Positions 48,608 through 57,174 of a DNA stretch of 64,000 bases are shown here, one piece after another. The translations under genes and the position numbers were made by a program. The stretch's first letter is position 1. Every line of letters starts with the position of its first letter. The DNA is from a virus, in the IMG/VR virus record IMGVR_UViG_3300019886_000067, positions 1-64,000 of that record. One strand, written 5' to 3'. The notes beneath the pieces are model-generated. The model made no database searches. It saw only the letters and a program-made list of their open reading frames with translations, and was not told the DNA's origin.

Positions 48608-50913
48608 TAGGTCGCCACCGCTGGGACGAATGCTCTACGACAGCGCGGGTGCTCAAGCGGATTCTCGCGGGCCTGCTCAATCGTCCATAGCTGGCCGTCT
48701 GCCTCTGCGCAAGGCTCATCGCTGTCTGTACCGTCGCTCACCACCACATGAGTATAGCCAGAGCCCTCAGCAACCGCTAGCGTACCTTCGTTGTAGCCGC
48801 GCGTCGCCTCAGTCAGAGCTATGCCAGAAGCATCGCCCTCAACCCAATCGGCTACGGCCGCTTGGACCTCGGCCTGAATGTCCGCAAGCGTAGACTCGCT
48901 AGTGCGGTTGGCCTTCACAGCCTCGGCAATCTTCTTCTTGAATGTCGATGTGACCGCCTGGACGCCAGAGTCCTTGCGCGCCACAAGCTCATCTACGAGC
49001 GCTTCATAGTCGATTTCGCCGGCCGGCTTGAGGCCGATCTGAGCATGATGAATCGCTGCGGCCGACATCACGCGCAGCAGCGCTTTCTCGTAGGCTTCCG
49101 TGGCAAGTTCGTTGAAGCTCTTCCACGCCTCAGAGTTGCGCAGGCGAGAGACCACATCAGAAGCCTTGAATGCCTTGCCCTCCGCTGTATCTATAAGTCC
49201 ACGCTCAAGCACGCGCGCAGCCTTACCCAGATCGCTTTCGAAGTCAGACACGATGGCATCAACCTCTTCGACTCGCTTTCCTGCTAGCGCGTCTTCTGGG
49301 CGTACCTCACTATCAAGCTTTGGCCCCACACTGACTTTTGCCGGCTGTGTCAATGCCTTATGCTCAATCTCCTGCAAACGGCCAAGCACTTCATCAACAC
49401 TGAACGACCTTTTCGCCTTGCGGCTATGAATGTTGCCGTTCTTGCGGTTACTCAAACGCAAACTCTCAACTAGATCGTCTAGTGCCTTTTTGCCGGCGAT
49501 TGCCTTAGCGCCGGACGGAAGAGCCTTACCTGGCTTCGGAAAGGCTTTCGTGTTCGAGCGGTTAGGCGGACGCCCAGGCTCGCCCGGCAGGCCAGGATCA
49601 GGGAAACCCTGGCCTTCTGCTAGTTCGCCGCCTTCAGCCTCTTCGCCAGGCAGATTGAGTGTGATTTCGCCTATCTCTTTGTCAGGGTGCGGGCCAAGTC
49701 CGGCGAGCTTGCGAAGCTCGTCTACAATGATGCCCGGTAGTTGCCCAAACGAACCCGCCATGTGTGCCTGCTCTTCTGGTGATAGTTGATATTCATAGTC
49801 AATCGCGTATACTAGTCCCCAAGCCGCAACTAGTTCGGCCGTGATCTTCTTCTGAAGCTTGTTCATCAGCGGCCGTGCTGTCTTTGCGTCGAAGTGCTGT
49901 TGGGCTTCATGGAGCGGTTCAGTAGTCGCCTCGTCAGAGATTCCCAGGAGCTTCGGGTTCATACGGAACCACGAGAAGATACGATCACGGCTCATTTTCG
50001 AAAGCTCAGCAAACCCAGCATCCCCAGCATTCGGAGCAAACGAGTTGAGCTTTAGCCCAGCCTCAAGCACGAGAAGTTCTCCCGCATTTTTAGGACCGGC
50101 CGCACGAGCGCGTAGCTGAGCGCGAATCTTCTTGAATACATCCCTGGGGACGCGGCGCTCGGATTCAATAGCGACAGACGGCATCGCTTTGTTCTCCATA
50201 AACGAAGCCTGCGTATCTGTCAAAGCAATCTCAAGATCGGCTGCGCGGCCGGCACCTTGGATCAGGCCAACCCCGTAGTACGGATTCTCCGGGTCAGGGT
50301 TTCCCATTCGGAAATGAATGACATCCTTGGGTTCAATCGCCAACTTGTCAGCATTTGGAATTTGGTAGACGTATGCGGCTGGACCCCACGGCTTCGTGAC
50401 GACTTCAACGTACGGCGGAGCTAGACGGTAGAGCGCCAGAGGACGGCCGGCATCGTTGTTGCGCCACTTGAACCAATACGAGTTGCCTACCAGCAGCAAG
50501 TCCATCACAAGCAGTTCCATCATTTCGATGTAATCCATATACGGATTTGGCTTCTCAAGAAGCTGTGCCAAGCCTTCCGGCGGAGCTACAGGATCGCCAG
50601 GGACGCGAACCGGCGATAGAGGCGCAGGCTTCTCAAAGTGGTATTCGGCGCTGGCGACCGTATCTGCCACGAAGCGCGTGCAGTCCATGACCCAATCCAT
50701 CGCTTGGTTGCCGCCGTAGGCACTCAGGTAGCGGCCGGCTCCGCGCTGCGCGAGTCGTGGCCCTCCTGGGACCGCATCGTTCGGACTCTTGCCTGGGACC
50801 TTGCCGAGATTCAGGTCTGTGAGCCCAACCGGCCTTCCTGGGTCCATGAACGCAGGATGAGGCCCAAGGGCCTTTCCTTCTACCTGAATGCGCGCAAGCT
50901 CCTTCAAATCCAC
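48607..50913 (-). CDS. HK97-family portal protein fused to a MuF-like minor head domain
   Basis: KPNPYM, LLVGNSY, VIHFR..PYYGVG; C-terminal TEATRGYN..DEPC..HPRCRR. Confidence 0.9.
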   Translation of the reverse strand: MDLKELARIQVEGKALGPHPAFMDPGRPVGLTDLNLGKVPGKSPNDAVPGGPRLAQRGAGRYLSAYGGNQAMDWVMDCTRFVADTVASAEYHFEKPAPLSPVRVPGDPVAPPEGLAQLLEKPNPYMDYIEMMELLVMDLLLVGNSYWFKWRNNDAGRPLALYRLAPPYVEVVTKPWGPAAYVYQIPNADKLAIEPKDVIHFRMGNPDPENPYYGVGLIQGAGRAADLEIALTDTQASFMENKAMPSVAIESERRVPRDVFKKIRAQLRARAAGPKNAGELLVLEAGLKLNSFAPNAGDAGFAELSKMSRDRIFSWFRMNPKLLGISDEATTEPLHEAQQHFDAKTARPLMNKLQKKITAELVAAWGLVYAIDYEYQLSPEEQAHMAGSFGQLPGIIVDELRKLAGLGPHPDKEIGEITLNLPGEEAEGGELAEGQGFPDPGLPGEPGRPPNRSNTKAFPKPGKALPSGAKAIAGKKALDDLVESLRLSNRKNGNIHSRKAKRSFSVDEVLGRLQEIEHKALTQPAKVSVGPKLDSEVRPEDALAGKRVEEVDAIVSDFESDLGKAARVLERGLIDTAEGKAFKASDVVSRLRNSEAWKSFNELATEAYEKALLRVMSAAAIHHAQIGLKPAGEIDYEALVDELVARKDSGVQAVTSTFKKKIAEAVKANRTSESTLADIQAEVQAAVADWVEGDASGIALTEATRGYNEGTLAVAEGSGYTHVVVSDGTDSDEPCAEADGQLWTIEQARENPLEHPRCRRAFVPAVAT

Positions 50914-51146
50914 CAGTAGAAGTTTACGGCCGCCACTGGCTAAGTGGTACGAAGCCCAATTAGCACGAACACCGAACGGCGTGCCGCCACTAACCTGTAG
51001 ACCCTCTAAGAGGGTCTACTACGGCTTCGTGGCCGCAAGCCGCATAACTAAGCCAATCTCAAAGAGTACATTCGTACCACTTGCACCCCAAACGTACCAC
51101 GTAAATAACGGCCGCAAAGAGTCGGCCGATGTGGTACGCTTCCGAT

Positions 51147-51455
51147 ATGAAGCTAAGGCAGACCCAAACTGAAATGCTTGAGGACGCGGATAAGGCGATT
51201 GAGAACGCTCGCGCTGTGCGTGAGTTTCACGCCAAGCGCAACAAGCGCGGGAGCCGGCAGCGCGAGACCGATATCAGGCTGGCGCTAGAGCGCCTTAGAG
51301 ACGCCATGAAGCCGATTCGGCGCGCGATAGCTAAATTCCCCTACGATCCTACTGGATTGGACGCAGAGAGCCTTAAAACCGCCTCTCAGGACATCCAAAA
51401 GGAGCGCCGCAAGCTCTGGAAGATGAAGGCCACAAAAAGGAAGAGGAAAAATTGA
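51147..51455 (+). CDS. Basic helical hypothetical protein
   Basis: TGG-TACGCT-N6-ATG. Confidence 0.7.
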   Translation: MKLRQTQTEMLEDADKAIENARAVREFHAKRNKRGSRQRETDIRLALERLRDAMKPIRRAIAKFPYDPTGLDAESLKTASQDIQKERRKLWKMKATKRKRKN

Positions 51456-52108
51456 CTCAGGAAATAGCAAACGGCTGCCAAGTCCACAAGAACCTAGACG
51501 GTGGCGTGACAATTGTCCAAAGAGACAACGGCACCATACACCTCAGCCGCAAAGAGCTTGTTGAGTTTGTGATCTTTGCCTCAAACCATATAAGGCATAC
51601 GAGAGCCGAACACTCTCAGTCAGTCCTTTTGATGGGAGGCCCGTATCACGGCGAATGGAGAGAGATTCCAGCGGCCGTACAGATTCTTACGTTCCCGCAG
51701 CTAGACAAGCCGTGTTATGTGGCTGATCTTGGAGTAACCCCAGGGACGATGGACTACACCAACCACGTCTATTCGAAAGCCAATGACATTGCCATCGGCG
51801 GGATTAGGTTTCCGTTCGAGATTTTCGAGCATTCGTCGTTGCGCGAGGCCAACATCGCTAGGGCTGCTCGTCTACTTGAGGAAGAGTTGAATGTTAACGG
51901 TACTCGGCAGACGATCACCAAACAGGACTTGGATTTTCGTAGGCAAGATATGGCTAAGGTCCAAGTTGAGGTAGAGGAGGCTAACCGCAAACGAAATTGC
52001 GCGGTCAATCAGCTAACTCAGTCCGAAAAGCGCTGCAAACAGACATACGAAGATGGATTGCGTTTGACTGCCAAGCGTCGCGCTCTTCAGTTCCATCACG
52101 GCGTTTAA
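51452..52108 (+). CDS. Hypothetical protein with a GGPYHG motif and coiled coil
   Basis: TTGA overlap. Confidence 0.7.
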   Translation: MTQEIANGCQVHKNLDGGVTIVQRDNGTIHLSRKELVEFVIFASNHIRHTRAEHSQSVLLMGGPYHGEWREIPAAVQILTFPQLDKPCYVADLGVTPGTMDYTNHVYSKANDIAIGGIRFPFEIFEHSSLREANIARAARLLEEELNVNGTRQTITKQDLDFRRQDMAKVQVEVEEANRKRNCAVNQLTQSEKRCKQTYEDGLRLTAKRRALQFHHGV

Positions 52109-52112
52109 CGCG

Positions 52113-52142
52113 GAAAGGCCCGCTGATATCAGCGGGCCTTTC
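52113..52142. terminator. Bidirectional terminator
   Basis: GAAAGGCCCGCTGATATCAGCGGGCCTTTC palindrome between convergent units. Confidence 0.85.
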
Positions 52143-52163
52143 AAGCGGGGTGATTCCTACAAG

Positions 52164-52239
52164 TACGGCGAACGAGAATCGAACTCGCATTATCCACGCT
52201 GAGAACGTGGGGTCCTAGTCCTAGTTAGACGACCGCCGC
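52164..52239 (-). tRNA. tRNA-Glu(CTC)
   Basis: Cloverleaf; anticodon arm CCACG-TTCTCAG-CGTGG. Confidence 0.92.
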
Positions 52240-52242
52240 GTA

Positions 52243-52314
52243 TAGCAGACCGAGGATTCGCGCCTCGCTCCCAGGCTTATGAGGCCCGGATGGTCACTAG
52301 ACCACCTGTCTGCA
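52243..52314 (-). tRNA. Atypical tRNA-Met(CAT), initiator-like 1:72 mismatch
   Basis: CGGGC-CTCATAA-GCCTG; T-loop CGCGAAT. Confidence 0.7.
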
Positions 52315-52315
52315 A

Positions 52316-52387
52316 AGTCCCTGTCGGGATTCGAACCCGAACCATTCGCTTAGGAGGCAAACGCGCTATCCATTACGCCACAAGGAC
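52316..52387 (-). tRNA. tRNA-Arg(CCT)
   Basis: Cloverleaf; loop CTCCTAA. Confidence 0.9.
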
Positions 52388-52390
52388 ATA

Positions 52391-52459
52391 TCTCCCTACT
52401 GAGAATCGAACTCAGCCTAACAGATTAGAAGTCCGCCGTCCCGATCCACGGGCAAGGAG
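52391..52459 (-). tRNA. tRNA-Arg(TCT), compact D arm
   Basis: GCGGA-CTTCTAA-TCTGT; 69 nt. Confidence 0.8.
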
Positions 52460-52463
52460 TAAG

Positions 52464-52532
52464 TCCCAAGAGCAGGATTCGAACCTGCACCGCGCGGCTT
52501 ATGAGTCCGCCGTGTCACCTAGACATCCTGGG
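52464..52532 (-). tRNA. tRNA-Met/Ile2(CAT), compact D arm
   Basis: Loop CTCATAA; canonical T arm; 69 nt. Confidence 0.8.
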
Positions 52533-52537
52533 TAGAG

Positions 52538-52606
52538 CGGGGAAGCAACGAATCGAACGCTGGCCTGCGGGTTTGGAATCCGCTTGGTCTCCATGACCTC
52601 TTCCCC
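52538..52606 (-). tRNA. tRNA-Trp(CCA)
   Basis: GCGGA-TTCCAAA-CCCGC; 69 nt. Confidence 0.85.
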
Positions 52607-52653
52607 TGGTTTCGTGTGCCCACCCACTATCGGGGGTAACACGACACACGAAA

Positions 52654-52729
52654 GGGTGTCTGACGGGATTCGAACCCGCATCGAACCGGATCACAACCGG
52701 CGGACTTAACCACTTAGACCACAGACACC
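52654..52729 (-). tRNA. tRNA-His(GTG)
   Basis: Loop TTGTGAT; G-1:C73. Confidence 0.92.
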
Positions 52730-52734
52730 GTGTA

Positions 52735-52803
52735 TCCCCTTACTGAGAGTCGAACTCAGCACTCAGGCTTCGGAGGCCCGAGACACGATCCGCGTGTAAG
52801 GAG
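52735..52803 (-). tRNA. tRNA-Arg(CCG), compact D arm
   Basis: CGGGC-CTCCGAA-GCCTG; 69 nt. Confidence 0.8.
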
Positions 52804-52864
52804 TTGTCACTAGTGGGCTCGCGGGAAGCCCTTTATGAGGGACCTATCTCCCTCGCTAGTGTAG

Positions 52865-52939
52865 CGCTGATGATGGGACTCGAACCCACGACATTCCGCT
52901 CGACAGGCGGACGCTCTGACCAAACTGAGCTACATCAGC
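52865..52939 (-). tRNA. tRNA-Asp(GTC)
   Basis: Canonical cloverleaf. Confidence 0.95.
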
Positions 52940-52945
52940 GTAAAG

Positions 52946-53019
52946 CCTCCCCGACAGGATTCGAACCTGTAACCTCTGGTTTCGTAGACCAGCGCGCTAT
53001 CCAATTACGCTACGGAGAG
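52946..53019 (-). tRNA. tRNA-Arg(ACG)
   Basis: Canonical cloverleaf. Confidence 0.95.
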
Positions 53020-53022
53020 TTA

Positions 53023-53106
53023 TGCGAGTGGTGGGAGTCGAACCCACATGGCCCTTCGGCCGGCGCGGTTTGAACGCACTGCGTATCCCAATTCCACCAC
53101 ACTCGC
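53023..53106 (-). tRNA. tRNA-Leu(CAA)
   Basis: Long variable arm; GTGCG-TTCAAAC-CGCGC. Confidence 0.9.
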
Positions 53107-53109
53107 GTA

Positions 53110-53192
53110 TACGTTCGGAGGGAGTCGAACCCTCAATCCCGATGGGCACTGGCTTCTAAGACCAGCGTGTATACCAATTCCACCACGAACGC
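53110..53192 (-). tRNA. tRNA-Leu(TAG)
   Basis: Long variable arm; loop CTTAGAA. Confidence 0.92.
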
Positions 53193-53195
53193 TCA

Positions 53196-53278
53196 TGCGA
53201 TTGACAAGAGTCGAACTTGCACATTCCGAAGAACACTGCCTCCTCAAGGCAGGGCGTCTACCATTCCGCCACAATCGC
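53196..53278 (-). tRNA. tRNA-Leu(GAG)
   Basis: Long variable arm; loop TTGAGGA. Confidence 0.92.
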
Positions 53279-53284
53279 TTAAAG

Positions 53285-53358
53285 TCAGGATGGCTGGATT
53301 TGAACCAGCGGCTTCCTCCGTCCGAGGGAGGCACGCTACCAGGCTGCGTCACATCCTG
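53285..53358 (-). tRNA. tRNA-Pro(CGG)
   Basis: Cloverleaf; C1. Confidence 0.92.
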
Positions 53359-53363
53359 TTGAG

Positions 53364-53438
53364 TCGGGATAGAAGGATTTGAACCTTCGGCTTCACCGCC
53401 CCAAACGGCGCGCTCTGACCAGACTGAGCTATATCCCG
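53364..53438 (-). tRNA. tRNA-Pro(TGG)
   Basis: Canonical cloverleaf. Confidence 0.95.
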
Positions 53439-53444
53439 AAAAAG

Positions 53445-53517
53445 CTCTTGCGCTAGGATTCGAACCTAGACCTAACGGGTTAACAGCCCGTCGTGCTGCC
53501 GTTGACACCACGCAAGA
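53445..53517 (-). tRNA. tRNA-Asn(GTT)
   Basis: ACGGG-CTGTTAA-CCCGT. Confidence 0.93.
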
Positions 53518-53523
53518 TCGAAG

Positions 53524-53595
53524 CTGGGGAGGTAGGATTCGAACCTACATCGGGCCGGGTCAGAGCCGTCCATCTTGCCATTAGACCACTCCCCA
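53524..53595 (-). tRNA. tRNA-Gln(CTG)
   Basis: Cloverleaf; U1-A72. Confidence 0.92.
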
Positions 53596-53600
53596 GGGTA

Positions 53601-53672
53601 ATGCGGAGGCTGGATTCGAACCAGCATCGAATGGGTTCAAGGCCCACCATCATGCCGTTAGACCACTCCGCA
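53601..53672 (-). tRNA. tRNA-Gln(TTG) with C33
   Basis: GTGGG-CCTTGAA-CCCAT. Confidence 0.88.
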
Positions 53673-53846
53673 GCAGAAAGAACAACATAGCACATCTTCG
53701 TGCCAAAGGTCGGGTCGTCCGGTCCCAATTCGGGATGGAACCGGACGACCGTCGCAAGAGTGCGCTCTCTGGGCTAGCTCTCCAACCCTACGCGCACCAG
53801 GAACGCAACTAATGGGCTGTACGTGCTCTAGGCGTCTCTGCCGAAG

Positions 53847-53898
53847 ACTGTAGCAGATTCTTTGCGGTGTTGCACGTCAAGCGAATCTGTGGTACGGT
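53847..53898. promoter_or_regulatory. Divergent promoters: TGC-TACAGT (-, tRNA array 1) and TTGCAC-N17-TACGGT-N6-ATG (+, cca, leaderless)
   Basis: Hexamers and spacings read directly. Confidence 0.7.
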
Positions 53899-53904
53899 TC
53901 CCCC

Positions 53905-55347
53905 ATGAAGACAACTCCCGATCAGTTCATGGCGAGCCTTGGCTTGCCAGAGGTATATCGCGTTGGAGGTTCAGTCCGAGACGAAGTTCTCGGCCGGCGC
54001 TCCAAAGACTCCGACTATATGGTTCGGGGCTCCACGCTTAATGAGATTAGGTCGGCTGTCGGGCGCGCGGGTGCTAAGCCGAGCAAGCTCAAGCTACGCA
54101 CAGGTGTTGAGGTAGGTGTACGGGCCGCAGTCAAGGGGCTCGGCTTGCTTGAGATTGTTCTGCCGCGCACAGAGCGCTCAACTGGACCCGGCCGGCACGA
54201 TTTCGAGATTCATTGTTCGCCTGATATCCGACTTGAGGAAGATGCTCTTCGTCGTGACTTCAAAATGAATGCGATCTACCTCAACATCGCTTCTCAGCAC
54301 TATGTTGATCCGCTTGGTGGGCTTGATGATATAAAACGTAAACTCATCAACACCACACATGCTGATTCCTTCAAGGAAGACCCGCTTCGCACGCTTCGAG
54401 CGCTGCGTTTCTGTTCTACGTTGCCAGGATTTTGTCTGTCAGGAACTACACACAACCAAATGTGCGACCATGCGCCGGCCGTAACTGGTCTGACGACGAA
54501 AGGTGTCTCTGCTACCGCATTTGATGAGCTTTGCAAGCTGCTCATGGGCAGTCGGCCAAGCTTGGCGCTGGAATTGATGGCCGAAACAGGCGTTATGGCG
54601 GTTTTCCTGCCTGAGCTTGTGCCAATGCTTGACTTCGAGCAGCGTTCGCGCTACCACGAGAAGACAACAAGCAAGCACACGTTCGATGCTGTGCAGGCGG
54701 CGGCTAATATGCACCAACACGCGCCGCTTCGCGTACGTTTGGCACTACTTTTCCACGATTCCGGCAAGCCTTTGATGGCTTGGACAGGCGAGGACGGCCT
54801 TCAGCATTACTACGCGCTTGATCCAAAGCGAGCAGTAGAGCTAAATGCACCAATCGCCGCACTTGAATCACACGAGGCATGGGGCGTCAAGCAAGCGCAC
54901 GCTGCTCTAACGCGCCTTGGCGCTCCAAAGAAGCTACGCCAAGACGTTGAAACACTGATTGCGCGCCATATGTTGCCGCTGCATGAGAACTTTAGGCCGA
55001 TCAAGGTACGCAAGTTGCGTGCAGAGCTTGGCGACGAGCTTTTGCGTGACCTAATCACGCATCGGCTGGCTGATGTGCTCGGCAAGGGCGGTGACACAAC
55101 GGCCGCTGTAGAAGTTCTGACGTGGATTGCCAACGAGCAAGACAGGGCCATCGCCGGCCATGTGCCGCTAAGTCCGAAGGAACTTGATATAAGTGGCCGT
55201 GAACTTGTTGCGCTAGGTTTGAACGGCCGCGAAATCGGACGCGTGCAGAAGCAGCTACTACACGAGGTACTTGCTCAGCCTAAGCTCAACACAAACGAGT
55301 GGCTTGTCAATCGAGCCAAGGTCATACGCCACAAGGATATGAAATGA
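53905..55347 (+). CDS. cca: CCA-adding tRNA nucleotidyltransferase with HD domain
   Basis: VGGSVRD..DSD, EDALRRDF.MNA, EDPLRTLRALRF, LFHDSGK. Confidence 0.93.
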   Translation: MKTTPDQFMASLGLPEVYRVGGSVRDEVLGRRSKDSDYMVRGSTLNEIRSAVGRAGAKPSKLKLRTGVEVGVRAAVKGLGLLEIVLPRTERSTGPGRHDFEIHCSPDIRLEEDALRRDFKMNAIYLNIASQHYVDPLGGLDDIKRKLINTTHADSFKEDPLRTLRALRFCSTLPGFCLSGTTHNQMCDHAPAVTGLTTKGVSATAFDELCKLLMGSRPSLALELMAETGVMAVFLPELVPMLDFEQRSRYHEKTTSKHTFDAVQAAANMHQHAPLRVRLALLFHDSGKPLMAWTGEDGLQHYYALDPKRAVELNAPIAALESHEAWGVKQAHAALTRLGAPKKLRQDVETLIARHMLPLHENFRPIKVRKLRAELGDELLRDLITHRLADVLGKGGDTTAAVEVLTWIANEQDRAIAGHVPLSPKELDISGRELVALGLNGREIGRVQKQLLHEVLAQPKLNTNEWLVNRAKVIRHKDMK

Positions 55348-55547
55348 GCGCTCCGATTTATCCTCCGTGGACGAAGAAGTACAAGCTAAGCTACCTTGGC
55401 TTCAATAACTACGAGGTAATAGAGGAGTCATCAAAAGACATACTCGCGGTCGGTCCTTTGGAGTATGGCGAGGCACAAGACATTGCTGATCGCGCCAATT
55501 CCGAACTCACAGCCGAACGTGTCAAGAACAGAAACAAGGCCAAATGA
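55344..55547 (+). CDS. Hypothetical protein
   Basis: ATGA overlap with cca. Confidence 0.65.
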   Translation: MSAPIYPPWTKKYKLSYLGFNNYEVIEESSKDILAVGPLEYGEAQDIADRANSELTAERVKNRNKAK

Positions 55548-55719
55548 TAAATCTGGCCTTTGTCTGCGCCGGCCTGCTGGGTGTTTTGATGTTCATGTGT
55601 CTCGCGCACGAACGCGAGCTTGAGCGTGAAGAGTGCCCACATCTTAATTGCCGCGAATTTGGAAGCTCCTACAATATCACTATCTGTTTTTGCCCAGATT
55701 GCGGAAAGGTAGACCTACT

Positions 55720-56163
55720 ATGATCCTGCGTAACCAAGCCATATGTACGCTGTGTGGCGACCACATCAAGTCGATACACAAACATGATTTCAAATCTTGT
55801 TTATGTGGAGCGCTATCAGTTGACGGCGGCACTGAGTATCTGCGCCGGCTCGGCAACCCAGGAGAGTACAGAGACACGTCTATTTGTATTCCCGAGCAGC
55901 TTCCGATCAAGGAGGCCGCAAAGTATCTCGGCGTCGTAGTGGCGCTGGGAGATACGGCCGTTGCAGGAACTTCGTGGCTAGAAGGCCAGTTGATAGGTCA
56001 GTTCAAGACTAAGCCTTGGTTCAAGCCGCCGAAGGACAAACGACAACTACTCAAGTGGTGTCGGAAGCTCGTGGAATGGGAGTTGGTTGATGAGCTTACG
56101 ACTAAGGGCGACGCTCAGTGCTATTGGAAATCCAAAGTCGAGCTAGCTACTTGGACTGATTAA
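55720..56163 (+). CDS. Zn-finger phage protein
   Basis: NQAICTLCGDHIKS..HDFKSCLCG..SVDGG motif. Confidence 0.8.
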   Translation: MILRNQAICTLCGDHIKSIHKHDFKSCLCGALSVDGGTEYLRRLGNPGEYRDTSICIPEQLPIKEAAKYLGVVVALGDTAVAGTSWLEGQLIGQFKTKPWFKPPKDKRQLLKWCRKLVEWELVDELTTKGDAQCYWKSKVELATWTD

Positions 56164-56164
56164 T

Positions 56165-56231
56165 TATGCACGATCACGCAGATTAGATGATGTTCTCTTC
56201 GCCTAGAAGTAAATCTGCGTGATCGTGCATA
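56165..56231. repeat. 20-bp perfect inverted repeat between convergent genes
   Basis: TATGCACGATCACGCAGATT-N27-AATCTGCGTGATCGTGCATA. Confidence 0.9.
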
Positions 56232-56235
56232 CGAC

Positions 56236-56556
56236 TTAGTTAGTCTTGGTGACTACTCCGCCTGCCTGGGATTCCTGGGCAGCCAGCGGCAAAGGAGTGG
56301 CCTGCGCTGCTGCTGGTGCAGCCGGCGGAAAAGTAAGTTTCGCAAGCTCATTCTCAGACGTGTCGATACGGCTCTTGACCGTATCTAGGTAGCTCTCAAG
56401 CTGAGCGCTCTGAGAAGCAAGCGCGGAAAGCTGAGAAGTCGCACGAACGAACTCTGCCTTATGTGACTCAAGAAGTTGCTCGGCTGCTGCAATCTTGTGA
56501 GCTACAGTGCCCGGCACAAGCTTCTCGACAAAGTTCAATGCGTCAGAGATATTCAT
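56236..56556 (-). CDS. Coiled-coil hypothetical protein
   Basis: GAAGGA RBS; downstream of tRNA array 2. Confidence 0.7.
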   Translation of the reverse strand: MNISDALNFVEKLVPGTVAHKIAAAEQLLESHKAEFVRATSQLSALASQSAQLESYLDTVKSRIDTSENELAKLTFPPAAPAAAQATPLPLAAQESQAGGVVTKTN

Positions 56557-56610
56557 TGGTACAGTGCATCCTTCCCGTGGTTTTGTAGTAGGAGAAGGAT
56601 ACCATTAGAG

Positions 56611-56696
56611 CGGAAGGAGTGGGACTCGAACCCACACGCCGGCTCACGCCGACCTCAGCACTTTCCAGGCGCAGTACCGCTCCTTTGGGTCCTTCC
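56611..56696 (-). tRNA. tRNA-Ser(GGA), weak D arm
   Basis: Loop CTGGAAA; long variable arm. Confidence 0.85.
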
Positions 56697-56704
56697 GAAA
56701 GAGA

Positions 56705-56775
56705 AGAGCACGGTTGGATTCGAACCAACGTGAGACGGGTTGCAACCGCCGGCTTCGCCCCTCAGCCACGCACTC
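56705..56775 (-). tRNA. tRNA-Cys(GCA)
   Basis: Loop TTGCAAC; U73. Confidence 0.92.
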
Positions 56776-56850
56776 ATAAGCGGGATGCACTTTGGCGCGC
56801 TCCCGAGTGCGCCTCGCTCTAGACGGCCGCAACCGACGAGCGATACTAAG

Positions 56851-56939
56851 CGGTAGGTCAGGGATTCGAACCCTGGGAACACCATTAGATGTTCGCTGGT
56901 TTAGCAAACCAGTCCATTCGGCCGCTCTGGCAACCTACC
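56851..56939 (-). tRNA. tRNA-Ser(GCT)
   Basis: CTGGT-TTGCTAA-ACCAG; long variable arm. Confidence 0.94.
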
Positions 56940-56945
56940 GGAAAG

Positions 56946-57028
56946 CGGAGGGTAAGCGAATCGAACACTCACGCGGTTAGTCGTGCCCTGGGTTTCGAAT
57001 CCAGTTTGCCGCCTTGGCGGTACCCTCC
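56946..57028 (-). tRNA. tRNA-Ser(CGA), atypical D arm
   Basis: Loop TTCGAAA; long variable arm. Confidence 0.82.
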
Positions 57029-57032
57029 GAAA

Positions 57033-57112
57033 TGGAAACGTGAGGAATCGAACCTCATAGTACGAGACAGCGGGGTTACAGCCCACTTGGCGGTCCCAGC
57101 GCCAACGTTTCC
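57033..57112 (-). tRNA. tRNA-Tyr(GTA)
   Basis: GTGGG-CTGTAAC-CCCGC. Confidence 0.9.
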
Positions 57113-57174
57113 GAACGAAGAAGGACTATAGCATACGCTCGACACATTCGCGCCAGATGTGGTACAGTTCTTCC

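Noticed and set aside
53023-53106. Opal suppressor or Sec tRNA (TTCAAA in the loop)
   Set aside because: Stem GTGCG/CGCGC centres the loop on CAA, so it is Leu. No TCA or CTA anticodon appears in any array, and the long ORFs are intact in the standard code
52290-53728. ORFs called across the tRNA arrays (also 56476..57208, 59039..60136, 62608..63188)
   Set aside because: Chance frames over RNA genes
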